Shown one piece after another: positions 55,228-64,000 of a DNA stretch of 64,000 bases. Every line of letters begins with the position of its first letter. Position 1 is the first letter of the stretch. Made by a program: the position numbers and the translations under genes. The notes under the pieces were generated by a model. That model did no database searches, had not been told where the DNA came from, and saw nothing but the letters and a program-made list of their open reading frames with translations. The stretch comes from an uncultured Methanosarcinales archaeon (GTDB taxonomy: Archaea; Nanobdellota; Nanobdellia; Woesearchaeales; JACPBV01): contig CAZTWQ010000001.1 in the NCBI GenBank assembly GCA_964618315.1, positions 6,877-70,876 of the forward strand, given 5' to 3'.

Positions 55228-56445
55228 ATGATAAAAGATTATCTTATTTTTTCTTTTAATAGCCTTAAATCCAGAAAACTAAGAAGCTGGTTAACAGTAC
55301 TAGGTATACTTATAGGTATAACTGCTGTTGTTGCTTTGATAGGGTTGGGGGAGGGGCTTAAGGCTGCTATAAATTCTCAATTTGGTATTAGTGCTACTGA
55401 AGTACTTACAGTACAGGCTGGAGGATTATCTGCAGCAGGACCACCAGGGACTGGTGTTGTTAATCCATTAACACAAGAAGATACAGATGCTATAATGAAA
55501 TTGAGTGTTGTTGAGAGAGCTATTCCGAGAAATATGGAAACTGGTAAACTAGAGTTTAATGATAATGTTGTTTTTGGAATGTCAATAGGCGTTCCTGATG
55601 GGGAAGATAGGAAATTTACATATGATGCACTAGAACTGGAGATAGAAGAAGGCAGGCTACTTAAGGATGGAGATACTATGAAAGTAGTTCTTGGAAATAA
55701 TTTTTATACAGACAACGTTGGGCTTGATAAAACAGTTATGGCTGGGGATACTGTATTGATACAAGATAAGAAATTTGATGTAGTAGGCATAATAAAAAAG
55801 AAAGGAAGTTTCATATTTGATAATATGGTTGTAATGAATGAAGATGTTTTGAATGATATATTTGAGATTGATAATGAAGTCGATATTATTGCAGTGCAGG
55901 TAAAAGATAAGTCATTAATGCAAAAAGGAAAAGAAGATATAGAGAAATTATTAAGGAAAAGAAGGAATGTTAAAGAAGGTGAGGAGGATTTTTCTGTAGA
56001 GACACCTGACTCTGCTATGTCTGACATTAATTCTATATTGACGGGAGTACAGATATTTATCGCTATAATTGCAAGTATATCTATAATTGTTGGTTCTATA
56101 GGGATTACAAATACCATGTTTACATCTGTTACTGAGAGAAAAAAACAGATAGGGATAATGAAATCGATTGGTGCAAGAAATTCAGATATATTTTATCTTT
56201 TTTCCATAGAATCTGGAATGTTAGGGATGGTTGGGGGATTTATAGGGACTGTTATCGGTGGGTTTATCTCATTTGTGGGTACTATGGGTATAAATATATT
56301 CATAGGCGCAAACATACAACCACAAATTAATCTTATTTTAATATTTGGTGCATTGATGGGGAGTTTCTTAATAGGATCTATTGCAGGGACTGTTCCTGCA
56401 ATGAGGGCTGCAGAACTTAAACCAGTGGATGCTTTAAGACAATGA
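55228..56445 (+). CDS. ABC permease (MacB/FtsX family)
   Basis: RSWLTVLGILIG, SVTERKKQIGIMKSIGA, PVDALR. Confidence 0.93.
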   Translation: MIKDYLIFSFNSLKSRKLRSWLTVLGILIGITAVVALIGLGEGLKAAINSQFGISATEVLTVQAGGLSAAGPPGTGVVNPLTQEDTDAIMKLSVVERAIPRNMETGKLEFNDNVVFGMSIGVPDGEDRKFTYDALELEIEEGRLLKDGDTMKVVLGNNFYTDNVGLDKTVMAGDTVLIQDKKFDVVGIIKKKGSFIFDNMVVMNEDVLNDIFEIDNEVDIIAVQVKDKSLMQKGKEDIEKLLRKRRNVKEGEEDFSVETPDSAMSDINSILTGVQIFIAIIASISIIVGSIGITNTMFTSVTERKKQIGIMKSIGARNSDIFYLFSIESGMLGMVGGFIGTVIGGFISFVGTMGINIFIGANIQPQINLILIFGALMGSFLIGSIAGTVPAMRAAELKPVDALRQ

Positions 56446-57653
56446 AGATAGAAATAGTAAAATATGCTTTGAAGAACCTTTGGCTTAGAAAAGCAAGGAG
56501 TTTTCTTACTGTGCTCTCTATTATGATAGGTATTTCTGCAATTTTTATATTTGCAAGTTTCGGTCTGGGGTTGTATAAATATGTTGAAGATATCGCTTCA
56601 GAATCAGGGGTTGATATATTTTGGGTACAAGGAAAAGGGAATAGTGCACCCGGACTAGATGATTCATTTAAGCTTGAGGATAAGGATCTAAGGGCTGTTG
56701 ACAGGACTAACGGAGTTGAGATAGCTACTGGAATGTATGTAAAAGTCGCTGAGGTCGAGAAAGATAGAGTAAAAAGATATGTTTATCTGATGGGATATTC
56801 TGATGAAAGAGAAGAGATCAAATTAGTCGAATCATTGATGACTGTTAAGATGGAAAAGGGGAGACAATTTCGTAAAGGGGATATTGGCAAGGCAATATTA
56901 GGTTATAATTATCTTGTTCCTGATAAAATCTTTTCTAAGCCCTATAAAATGGGGGATAAAGTGGAGATCAATGGGAGAAAGTTTGATATTGTAGGGTTTT
57001 ATGAATCTGTAGGTAATCCTGGCGACGATTCTAATGTTTACTTAGTTCAAGATGATGCAAAAGCATTGTTTGAAATCAATTCTTATGGGATGATTATGGC
57101 TAGAGTCCATGATAAAGATGAGATGGATAATGTGGTAAACAGAGCAGAAAAAAAATTACGAAATGTTCGTGACCTGGAAGAGGGAAAGGAAGATTTTTCT
57201 GTCCAGTCTTTTGCAGATGCACTTGAGACATTCACAAGCGTACTAAATATAATAGTGGGATTCATATTTTTGATAGTCATAATATCTGCTATTGTAGCTT
57301 CTGTAAATACTGCAAATACTATGATTACTTCAGTTCTTGAAAGGACAAGAGAGATTGGTGTGATGAAATCAATCGGTGCGACTAATGATAATATCAAGAA
57401 TATATTTATCCTTGAATCTGCTGTAATTGGTTTTGTTGCTGGTTTTTTTGGAGTGGTAGTGGGTTGGCTTTTAGCCTATAGCAGTGGTCAAGCATTAGAT
57501 GGTTTAGGTTGGGGTTTTCTTATGCCCACTTTCCCTTTAGCATTATGGACTGGGTGTATATTATTATCTACATTAGTCGGGATGTTTTCTGGATTTGTTC
57601 CTGCTTATTATGCGTCTAAGCAGAAGCCTGTAGAGGCATTACGATATGAATAA
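56442..57653 (+). CDS. ABC permease (MacB/FtsX family)
   Basis: RSFLTVLSIMIG, SVLERTREIGVMKSIGA, PVEALRYE. Confidence 0.93.
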   Translation: MKIEIVKYALKNLWLRKARSFLTVLSIMIGISAIFIFASFGLGLYKYVEDIASESGVDIFWVQGKGNSAPGLDDSFKLEDKDLRAVDRTNGVEIATGMYVKVAEVEKDRVKRYVYLMGYSDEREEIKLVESLMTVKMEKGRQFRKGDIGKAILGYNYLVPDKIFSKPYKMGDKVEINGRKFDIVGFYESVGNPGDDSNVYLVQDDAKALFEINSYGMIMARVHDKDEMDNVVNRAEKKLRNVRDLEEGKEDFSVQSFADALETFTSVLNIIVGFIFLIVIISAIVASVNTANTMITSVLERTREIGVMKSIGATNDNIKNIFILESAVIGFVAGFFGVVVGWLLAYSSGQALDGLGWGFLMPTFPLALWTGCILLSTLVGMFSGFVPAYYASKQKPVEALRYE

Positions 57654-57706
57654 ATTGATTTCTGGAATACATTAAATTAATAAACAGATGGCTGTTTTTT
57701 ATTTTT

Positions 57707-59062
57707 ATGAGAAAAGATCTTACTACAGGTAGTATAACCAAGACTATATTAGTTACTGCTATGCCTATGGTGTTAGCATTGCTGCTTCGTACTGGATTTA
57801 ATATAGTTGATGCTATTTATGTGGGTAGGATTTCAGCAGAGGCAATAGCTGCTGTTTCTTTAGCGTTTCCAATAATGTTTTTTATCCATGCTATTGGTGG
57901 GGGAGTTGATGTTGGTGTTACTTCACTTATTGCAAGATATATGGGTGCTAAAAAGGTTGAAAAGGCAGATAATGTTGCTGAGCATGGGTTGCTAAGTGGT
58001 TTAGTATTAGGTATAGTGTTTATGATTTTGGGGTTAATATTCGGTAAGAATTTATTGATGTTAATGGGGGCAGGTTCATTATTAGACTTGTCCTTAGATT
58101 ATTTGAATATTATATTTATTGGAACTCTTTTTATGATGTTGTTCTTTATTGGAAATGGGATATTTAGAGGGGAAGGAGATATGAAGACACCCATGATAAT
58201 TATGGTGATTGCTACTGTGATTAACATCATATTAGATCCAATATTTATCTTTGTTCTAGGACTAGGTGTTAAAGGTGCAGCTATTGCAACTTTGATATCT
58301 GAAGTGATTGGTTGTATATTGGTCATAGGTGCTTTATTTATGGGAAAATCATCTATTAAAATAAGACTTAGAGATTTCAAGTTTGATTTCTCAATTATAA
58401 AGAAAATATTTAAGATAGGAATACCTTCATCTTTATCTCAAGTAAGTATGTCTATCAGCTTGTTTGTTATGACACGGATAGTCTCTTCTTTTGGACCTTA
58501 TGCTATTGCTGCTTGGGGAATTATATTTAGAGTGGATAGTGTAGCAGTTTTGCCTGCAATAGGTTTGATGATAGCTTTGATCTCTTTAGTTGGACAGAAT
58601 GTAGGTGCTAAGAAATTTGATAGGGCAGAGAAGATGGTCTATAGAACATCAATTATTGCAGGAATATTTACTGGAGTTATTGGCCTAGTGTTCTTTGCTT
58701 TTCCTACAGCAATAATGTCAATCTTTAATACAAATCCCGAAGTTATTAGATATGGTGTAATGTATCTAAGGTCTGTTACATTAGTTTATGCTTTTGTTGG
58801 AGTTGGGATAAGTATAAATGGTGGCTTTTTAGGTGCCGGAGATGCTATAACTGCATTATTCTTGACCTTATTGAGAGTTATGATAATTACAATTCCTGTT
58901 GCTTTGATACTGGCTTTTGGGTTTAAACTAGGGATATTAGGGGTATGGTTGTCTTTTTTGGTCTCTACTCTGATTTCAACCAGTACTGCATTGTTGTTGT
59001 TTAGAACAGGAAGATGGAAGAAAGCGCATATTAAGAAAGAAGATGTTCCTATTGTTGGTTAA
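57707..59062 (+). CDS. MATE efflux transporter
   Basis: DLTTGSI, NIVD, RGEGD.KTP, NIILDPIFI, GQNVGA. Confidence 0.95.
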   Translation: MRKDLTTGSITKTILVTAMPMVLALLLRTGFNIVDAIYVGRISAEAIAAVSLAFPIMFFIHAIGGGVDVGVTSLIARYMGAKKVEKADNVAEHGLLSGLVLGIVFMILGLIFGKNLLMLMGAGSLLDLSLDYLNIIFIGTLFMMLFFIGNGIFRGEGDMKTPMIIMVIATVINIILDPIFIFVLGLGVKGAAIATLISEVIGCILVIGALFMGKSSIKIRLRDFKFDFSIIKKIFKIGIPSSLSQVSMSISLFVMTRIVSSFGPYAIAAWGIIFRVDSVAVLPAIGLMIALISLVGQNVGAKKFDRAEKMVYRTSIIAGIFTGVIGLVFFAFPTAIMSIFNTNPEVIRYGVMYLRSVTLVYAFVGVGISINGGFLGAGDAITALFLTLLRVMIITIPVALILAFGFKLGILGVWLSFLVSTLISTSTALLLFRTGRWKKAHIKKEDVPIVG

Positions 59063-59993
59063 TTCTTTTTAGGTATTGGTTTAGTTTTATTTTAATATTA
59101 TCTTTTAGTTTGTTGTTTATTTTAAGTTGGTTTAGTTCTTTGTCTATATTTATCTTGGGTGGTTTTGTCAGGGTTCCTTTGAATGTTCTTTTTGCTAATT
59201 TTGCTTGTCTTTCTATTTCTTTTGCGTATTTTGTGTTGAACTTTCTTATGCTAGGGAATTTTGTGATTGTGTCTGCTCCTGCGTTTAAGAGTTTATGTAT
59301 TTCGTTTAAATGAGTAAGCCAAGAACCAACTACTATCTTTAGTTTAGGGAATTCTTTTCTTGTTTTCTGAATCCATTTTACATAGTATGGTGTTTTTGGT
59401 ACGGGTTTGTTTTCGAAAATGGTATCTTTTTGTGGTTTTAACCTGTAGAATGTGATTCTTTGTATATTGTGTTTTTTTATGAATTGTTTTAGGTGTTTGA
59501 AGTCATCTAATGTTTCTCCTAATCCTATTATTATTGTGATTGTTTTTTTTATGTTTAGTTTTGTTGCTAATTTGAACATATCTTCTATTTTGTTTAGAGG
59601 TTTACTTGGGCAGATTGTGTCTCTTAGTTTTGGTGTGATGCATTCTACTGTTCCGCAGACACCTTCTATGTAGGGTTTGAATAAAGTTAGTTGTGTTTTG
59701 TTTAAAGTTCCAAGGTTTAGCCATTGTTTTTGGTTGGTTATCTCCTTTATTGTTTTTATTATATTTAGTAGTTCTTTGTTGTTGAATGTGTCACAGCCTC
59801 CGCTTATGAATTCAACTTTCCAGCCTGCTGCTTTGCATATGATTGCTTCTGCGAAGATTGATGATAATGACCTGCGGTCTTTTTTAGGGTCTTGTTGGGT
59901 GTGTTTTCTGCTGCTTAAGTAGCAGAACTGGCAGTCTCTTTTGCTGCAGTACCAACTGATGAAAATTGCCCTTTCGAACTGTGTTGTTTTCAT
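59049..59993 (-). CDS. Radical SAM protein (archaeal BioB-related family)
   Basis: CSKRDCQFC Cys motif, SGG, IIGLGET. Confidence 0.82.
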   Translation of the reverse strand: MKTTQFERAIFISWYCSKRDCQFCYLSSRKHTQQDPKKDRRSLSSIFAEAIICKAAGWKVEFISGGCDTFNNKELLNIIKTIKEITNQKQWLNLGTLNKTQLTLFKPYIEGVCGTVECITPKLRDTICPSKPLNKIEDMFKLATKLNIKKTITIIIGLGETLDDFKHLKQFIKKHNIQRITFYRLKPQKDTIFENKPVPKTPYYVKWIQKTRKEFPKLKIVVGSWLTHLNEIHKLLNAGADTITKFPSIRKFNTKYAKEIERQAKLAKRTFKGTLTKPPKINIDKELNQLKINNKLKDNIKIKLNQYLKRINQQ

Positions 59994-60144
59994 AATGCTT
60001 CAGAATGAATGTGGCTATAAAAAGGTTGAGGTTGTGCAAGGGTGTTGTGCTGAGTCATGACATATGTCACCACCATTAAAATAGTATTGAAGAATTCCTA
60101 AAAGGCTATTTTACATTTAATCTGCCCAATTACTAGTTCGCTGA

Positions 60145-61020
60145 CTACGATGAACGAATCTCCACCATATGGTCAATATAGGATACACAATCTTCCTTAC
60201 TGGAAGTATTAATTATGAAATTACATATATTAACATCCATTGTTCTAAAAGCAACACCCCTGTAACATTCATCCCCTTTAGAACCAGCTTTCTTACAGTT
60301 AGAATAATCCCCATTTTGGAAGGCAATAGACCTATAACACTCAAATTTTTTACTAGTATTATTGACTAATTTCTCGCAATAAGAATCATTTAATGTATTT
60401 TCTGCAACCCTAACATAACATGATTCTTTATTTTTATTATTTTCAGTAATATTTATTTCACAATCTTCTATCCTAGGGGCTAGGACCATTCTGTTAAAAT
60501 CCAAATTTTTAACAGAATCTGTATAATTAAAGTCTATAGGGGGTAATTTATGGTAAACATGAACATAATGATTCACATCATAATACAGAAATAAATTAAC
60601 ACCCCAGTCTATAGAAGAATCAATTCCAGAGTGCACCTCCAATTCCTTAAATATGAGTCTAAACAAACCTTTCTTGTAATTAATTGTTAGAAACTGAGGT
60701 GCATTAATGGAATAAGAATCACCATCAAACATCCAACCATTATTTTCTAAATATTCCTTATATTTTATACGTGTCCCATTTATCATAACAGAACTTGTAT
60801 AAAAGCTACACCTTATACTAAAACTAGATGTCCAACTGTTGTATTCGTAATGGTAATTTTTGCATATGCCATCTTTTGAGAAAATAGGTATTTTATCAAA
60901 CTCATTATCCATCCTAGAGTGAATTATGGGCCTTAGGATTAAATGAAATAATATGGATTGCCAAAAGACTAGGAGTACCATGATTATAACAATAATCCAC
61001 CCTAGATATTTCTTTTTCAT
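60145..61020 (-). CDS. Membrane-anchored protein with C-terminal Cys repeats
   Basis: N-terminal TM; CY..VA.....C repeats. Confidence 0.7.
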   Translation of the reverse strand: MKKKYLGWIIVIIMVLLVFWQSILFHLILRPIIHSRMDNEFDKIPIFSKDGICKNYHYEYNSWTSSFSIRCSFYTSSVMINGTRIKYKEYLENNGWMFDGDSYSINAPQFLTINYKKGLFRLIFKELEVHSGIDSSIDWGVNLFLYYDVNHYVHVYHKLPPIDFNYTDSVKNLDFNRMVLAPRIEDCEINITENNKNKESCYVRVAENTLNDSYCEKLVNNTSKKFECYRSIAFQNGDYSNCKKAGSKGDECYRGVAFRTMDVNICNFIINTSSKEDCVSYIDHMVEIRSS

Positions 61021-61076
61021 ACTGAAACAATATTATAAATATTATAAAAGGTTTTCTAAAAAACTTTATTTAAAAA

Positions 61077-61173
61077 AGCCCTTGGGAAGAGTTGCACTCC
61101 CGACCTGCTGATTACGAATGCTGAGTTGAAGATAAACAACTGTCAGCCGCAATAGCTACTATGCTACAAGGGC
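61077..61173 (-). tRNA. tRNA-Thr(CGT) with 24-nt intron at 32/33 (61118-61141)
   Basis: Acceptor GCCCTTG/CAAGGGC, spliced arm GCTGA-CTCGTAA-TCAGC, BHB-like GCTG/CAGC helix. Confidence 0.85.
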
Positions 61174-61199
61174 ATGATAAAAGTGAAGAAACAATGGAG

Positions 61200-61343
61200 C
61201 TATTTAAGATTTTTCAATAGCTCTTCTTTCGTCGTAAATTTCTTTTGACATTCTGAACAGACTGGTTTTTTACCTATGTAAGTGCCATCTAGTTTACCTA
61301 AGAAGGTGTTTTCTATCTTTTTAGAGCATATTGAACATTTCAT
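61200..61343 (-). CDS. 47-aa zinc-finger protein MKCSICSKKIENTFLGKLDGTYIGKKPVCSECQKKFTTKEELLKNLK
   Basis: Two CxxC motifs; manually translated. Confidence 0.75.
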   Translation of the reverse strand: MKCSICSKKIENTFLGKLDGTYIGKKPVCSECQKKFTTKEELLKNLK

Positions 61344-61390
61344 AGGTAATAGAATATTTAATTTATTTATTAAGTTATTGGAAAAATAGA

Positions 61391-62329
61391 TTATCTAGCT
61401 TGATAAACTGCAACAACTTCTACGCCAGCTACAAAATTATCTGGAATCTGGGTTATATTAGCAAATATGCCTGTGCTGCTTGGATTAGGATAATGGTCAT
61501 TTTCAACAGGTCTTACTGCGCCTACACCCTCAGCCTGGTATACTTCTGTTCTTACTGGATTGAAACATAATGTATAATAATTATCATTTGGGCCATTAGA
61601 TTTAATATCATGGGGGTGAGCTAGAAATTGGCCAAGATTAAATCTAGTATCGACAACATCTCTCCAATTAGCCCTACCATCTCTTGTTAATGTTGTTGTT
61701 AATCTTTCAAAAAGACCAGCCATTATATCGTTATACTCTGTTGATGTTAATTCAGTAACGGACTTGTCTGCCTTAGCAAAATCATATAGGAGAAGAAAGT
61801 CAAGATCACCAACTGAGATTATGCGTTCTGTTTGTTTGGTTGAACCCCTCATCGCCATCCTGTGATAATCTGCATAAGCCTGACAAAAAGGAGATAGATC
61901 TAAACCTGATTGATTGTCAACTGCTAAAGCATCTGTTTCAGTAAGCCACCCATCCCTACAGACATCAGAAAGATACAGGTCATGAGAATTATCAAGAGTA
62001 CTTGCTGATTGTGTTCCATTTGGGGCATGCTCTGGTTTGATATATGTTGCAGCATGGACTATCTGCCTTAATTCCATACCAGCAGATCTAAATACGCCAT
62101 TAATGTTATACCACTTTCTTGTTTTTTGTGCTGCTAAATCACCAACAGCTACAACCTGACCCTTTGCATCTATAGAAGCAGTACCTGAAAGAAATAATAA
62201 TTTGGCTAGTCCTGCTCCTGGATTTTCGAATGATACAAGTGTCCCTCTTGAAAAACCTGAACCATATGATGTAGCTTCAGGCATTCCTTCTGGAAAGCCT
62301 ATCTGTTTTATCTCTAGATTAGTTGACAT
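61391..62329 (-). CDS. Rid/YjgF-superfamily-like protein (possibly two domains)
   Basis: FSRG...LFLSGTASID..G..V..GD...Q; DVCR.GWL.E. Confidence 0.65.
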   Translation of the reverse strand: MSTNLEIKQIGFPEGMPEATSYGSGFSRGTLVSFENPGAGLAKLLFLSGTASIDAKGQVVAVGDLAAQKTRKWYNINGVFRSAGMELRQIVHAATYIKPEHAPNGTQSASTLDNSHDLYLSDVCRDGWLTETDALAVDNQSGLDLSPFCQAYADYHRMAMRGSTKQTERIISVGDLDFLLLYDFAKADKSVTELTSTEYNDIMAGLFERLTTTLTRDGRANWRDVVDTRFNLGQFLAHPHDIKSNGPNDNYYTLCFNPVRTEVYQAEGVGAVRPVENDHYPNPSSTGIFANITQIPDNFVAGVEVVAVYQAR

Positions 62330-62427
62330 GATATTAACCTTTACTGATAAGAATGCGTTCCCTCTTTTAAACCTTACTTAATAGATAGTGCAAAAGTTTA
62401 TTAATGGTAATATAACTTTATAGTACT

Positions 62428-64000
62428 ATGACAAGAATAGCTATAATACAGAAAGAGAAATGCAACCCTGTTGGATGCGGAGGGTATCTTTGTATTAGGG
62501 TGTGCCCTATAAATAAGATGGGGGAAGAGTGTATTGTTGAAAGTGATGACAATAAACCTAAGATAAATGAAGAACTTTGCAATGGGTGTGGTATATGCCC
62601 TCATCGTTGTCCATTTGAAGCTATTTCAATCATCAATTTACCTGAAGAACTTGATAAACCACCTATACATCAATATGGGGAGAATGGGTTTCATCTTTAT
62701 TCGCTGCCAACACCGATATTTGGTAAGGTTGTGGGGATTGTAGGTGTTAATGGTATTGGGAAGAGTACTGCGATCAAGATATTAGCTGGTGTTCTTGAAC
62801 CAAATCTAGGTAAATTAGATAATACGAAGACAGATTATGATGAAGTAGTCAAATATTTCAAAGGTACGGAAGCGCAGGTATTTTTTGAGAAGGTGAAGGA
62901 TAAAAAGATTAAGATTAGCTATAAGCCTCAGCATGTTGATTTGATTCCTAAACAGACTAAAGGCAAGGTTAAAGATCTATTGAAGAAAGTTGATGAGAAA
63001 AAGCAGCTTGAGAAGATAGCTAAAGAATTAGGGATAGAAAAGATACTTGACAATGATATTTCTAAGATTTCTGGTGGTGAGCTACAGAGAGTTGCGATAG
63101 CTGCTACTGTCTTGAAAAAAGCAAATTTGTATATTTTTGATGAACCTTCGTCTTACCTAGATATCAAACAAAGATTGAAGATAGCTAAATTTATCAAATC
63201 ATTGGCTGATGAAGATACATCTGTTGTTGTTATTGAGCATGATCTGATTGTGATGGATTATATGGCTGATCTGATCCATATAATGTATGGTAAGGAAGGT
63301 TGTTATGGTATTGTTTCACAACTAAAGGCTGCAAAAGCAGGTATAAATTCTTATCTTGAGGGTTATATACGAGAAGATAATATAAGGTTTAGAGACCATA
63401 AGATTAAGTTTGAAGTTAGACCACCAGAAAAGAAATGCAAAGAGAATATATTAACAGAGTGGCCTGCTATGGAAAAGACATTAGGGAAGTTTAAGTTAAA
63501 AGCTAGTGAAGGAAGTGTAAATAAGCATGAGATAGCAGGAATAATAGGGGAGAATGGAATAGGTAAAACATCTTTTGTTAAACTATTGGCTGGTGTTATT
63601 AAGCCAGATAAGGGAGATGTTAATAGCAAGATTGTAGTTTCTTACAAACCGCAGAAGTTAGAAGCAGACTCTGATGAGGTGGTCATGATTGTCTTGCAGG
63701 AAGCTATCAAGAAACATACTAAAGATATTATCAATCCATTGGGGTTGAAGGGTATGTTTATGAAGAAACTTTCTGAGCTTTCTGGTGGTGAGTTGCAGCG
63801 GGTTTCAATTGCACTTGCTTTATCTAAGAAATGTGATTTATGTTTACTGGATGAACCTAGTGCTTATCTGGATGTTGAACAAAGGTTGATTGTTTCTAAG
63901 ATAATCAAGAATGTTGCAGAAGCTTCTGGAATCTCTATCTTAGTTGTAGATCATGATCTTTTGTTTATTGATTATTTATCCGATAGGTTGATTGTTTTTG
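62428..64000 (+). CDS. rli: Ribosome recycling ATPase ABCE1/RLI (runs off window end)
   Basis: MTRIAIIQKEKCNPVGCGGYLC...CNGCGICPHRCPF FeS domain; two ABC domains; absent from ORF track because no stop is in the window. Confidence 0.95.
   Translation, partial: MTRIAIIQKEKCNPVGCGGYLCIRVCPINKMGEECIVESDDNKPKINEELCNGCGICPHRCPFEAISIINLPEELDKPPIHQYGENGFHLYSLPTPIFGKVVGIVGVNGIGKSTAIKILAGVLEPNLGKLDNTKTDYDEVVKYFKGTEAQVFFEKVKDKKIKISYKPQHVDLIPKQTKGKVKDLLKKVDEKKQLEKIAKELGIEKILDNDISKISGGELQRVAIAATVLKKANLYIFDEPSSYLDIKQRLKIAKFIKSLADEDTSVVVIEHDLIVMDYMADLIHIMYGKEGCYGIVSQLKAAKAGINSYLEGYIREDNIRFRDHKIKFEVRPPEKKCKENILTEWPAMEKTLGKFKLKASEGSVNKHEIAGIIGENGIGKTSFVKLLAGVIKPDKGDVNSKIVVSYKPQKLEADSDEVVMIVLQEAIKKHTKDIINPLGLKGMFMKKLSELSGGELQRVSIALALSKKCDLCLLDEPSAYLDVEQRLIVSKIIKNVAEASGISILVVDHDLLFIDYLSDRLIVF

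Overview
AT-rich archaeal DNA, most likely from a DPANN lineage such as Woesearchaeota (inference). The evidence is RFC large subunit, ABCE1, archaeal-type GlyRS, BHB-type tRNA introns and TATA promoters. In order, the window holds: (1) an oxidative-stress/Fe island at 0-5.9 kb (TrxB, glutaredoxin, rubrerythrins, FTR catalytic subunit, superoxide reductase) containing seven Cys-rich microproteins missed by the ORF track and a divergent CARF-like/wHTH regulator; (2) a RelE-like TA pair and feoB-dtxR with twin operators; (3) transporters, a bacterial-type Lgt, thiL and thiC; (4) two tandem hydCBA [FeFe]-hydrogenase operons, the second with a putative DNA-binding domain fused to HydC behind a direct-repeat array; (5) housekeeping genes (cysS, valS, rfcL, glyS, ssb), type IV pilus genes, lipoproteins, a MacB-type ABC system, MATE, a radical SAM protein and ABCE1. 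There are three tRNA genes: Cys, Phe with two introns, and Thr with a non-canonical intron. The most unusual non-coding signals are these. Two dissimilar stand-alone LAGLIDADG genes share a ~290-bp upstream module made of a palindromic site, tandem repeats, a TATA box and a covarying structured leader. Two LAGLIDADG ORFs run into tRNA genes. Three structured MITE-like elements have IS903-like ends and 9-bp target duplications. Functional interpretations are inferences from sequence only; no searches were run.
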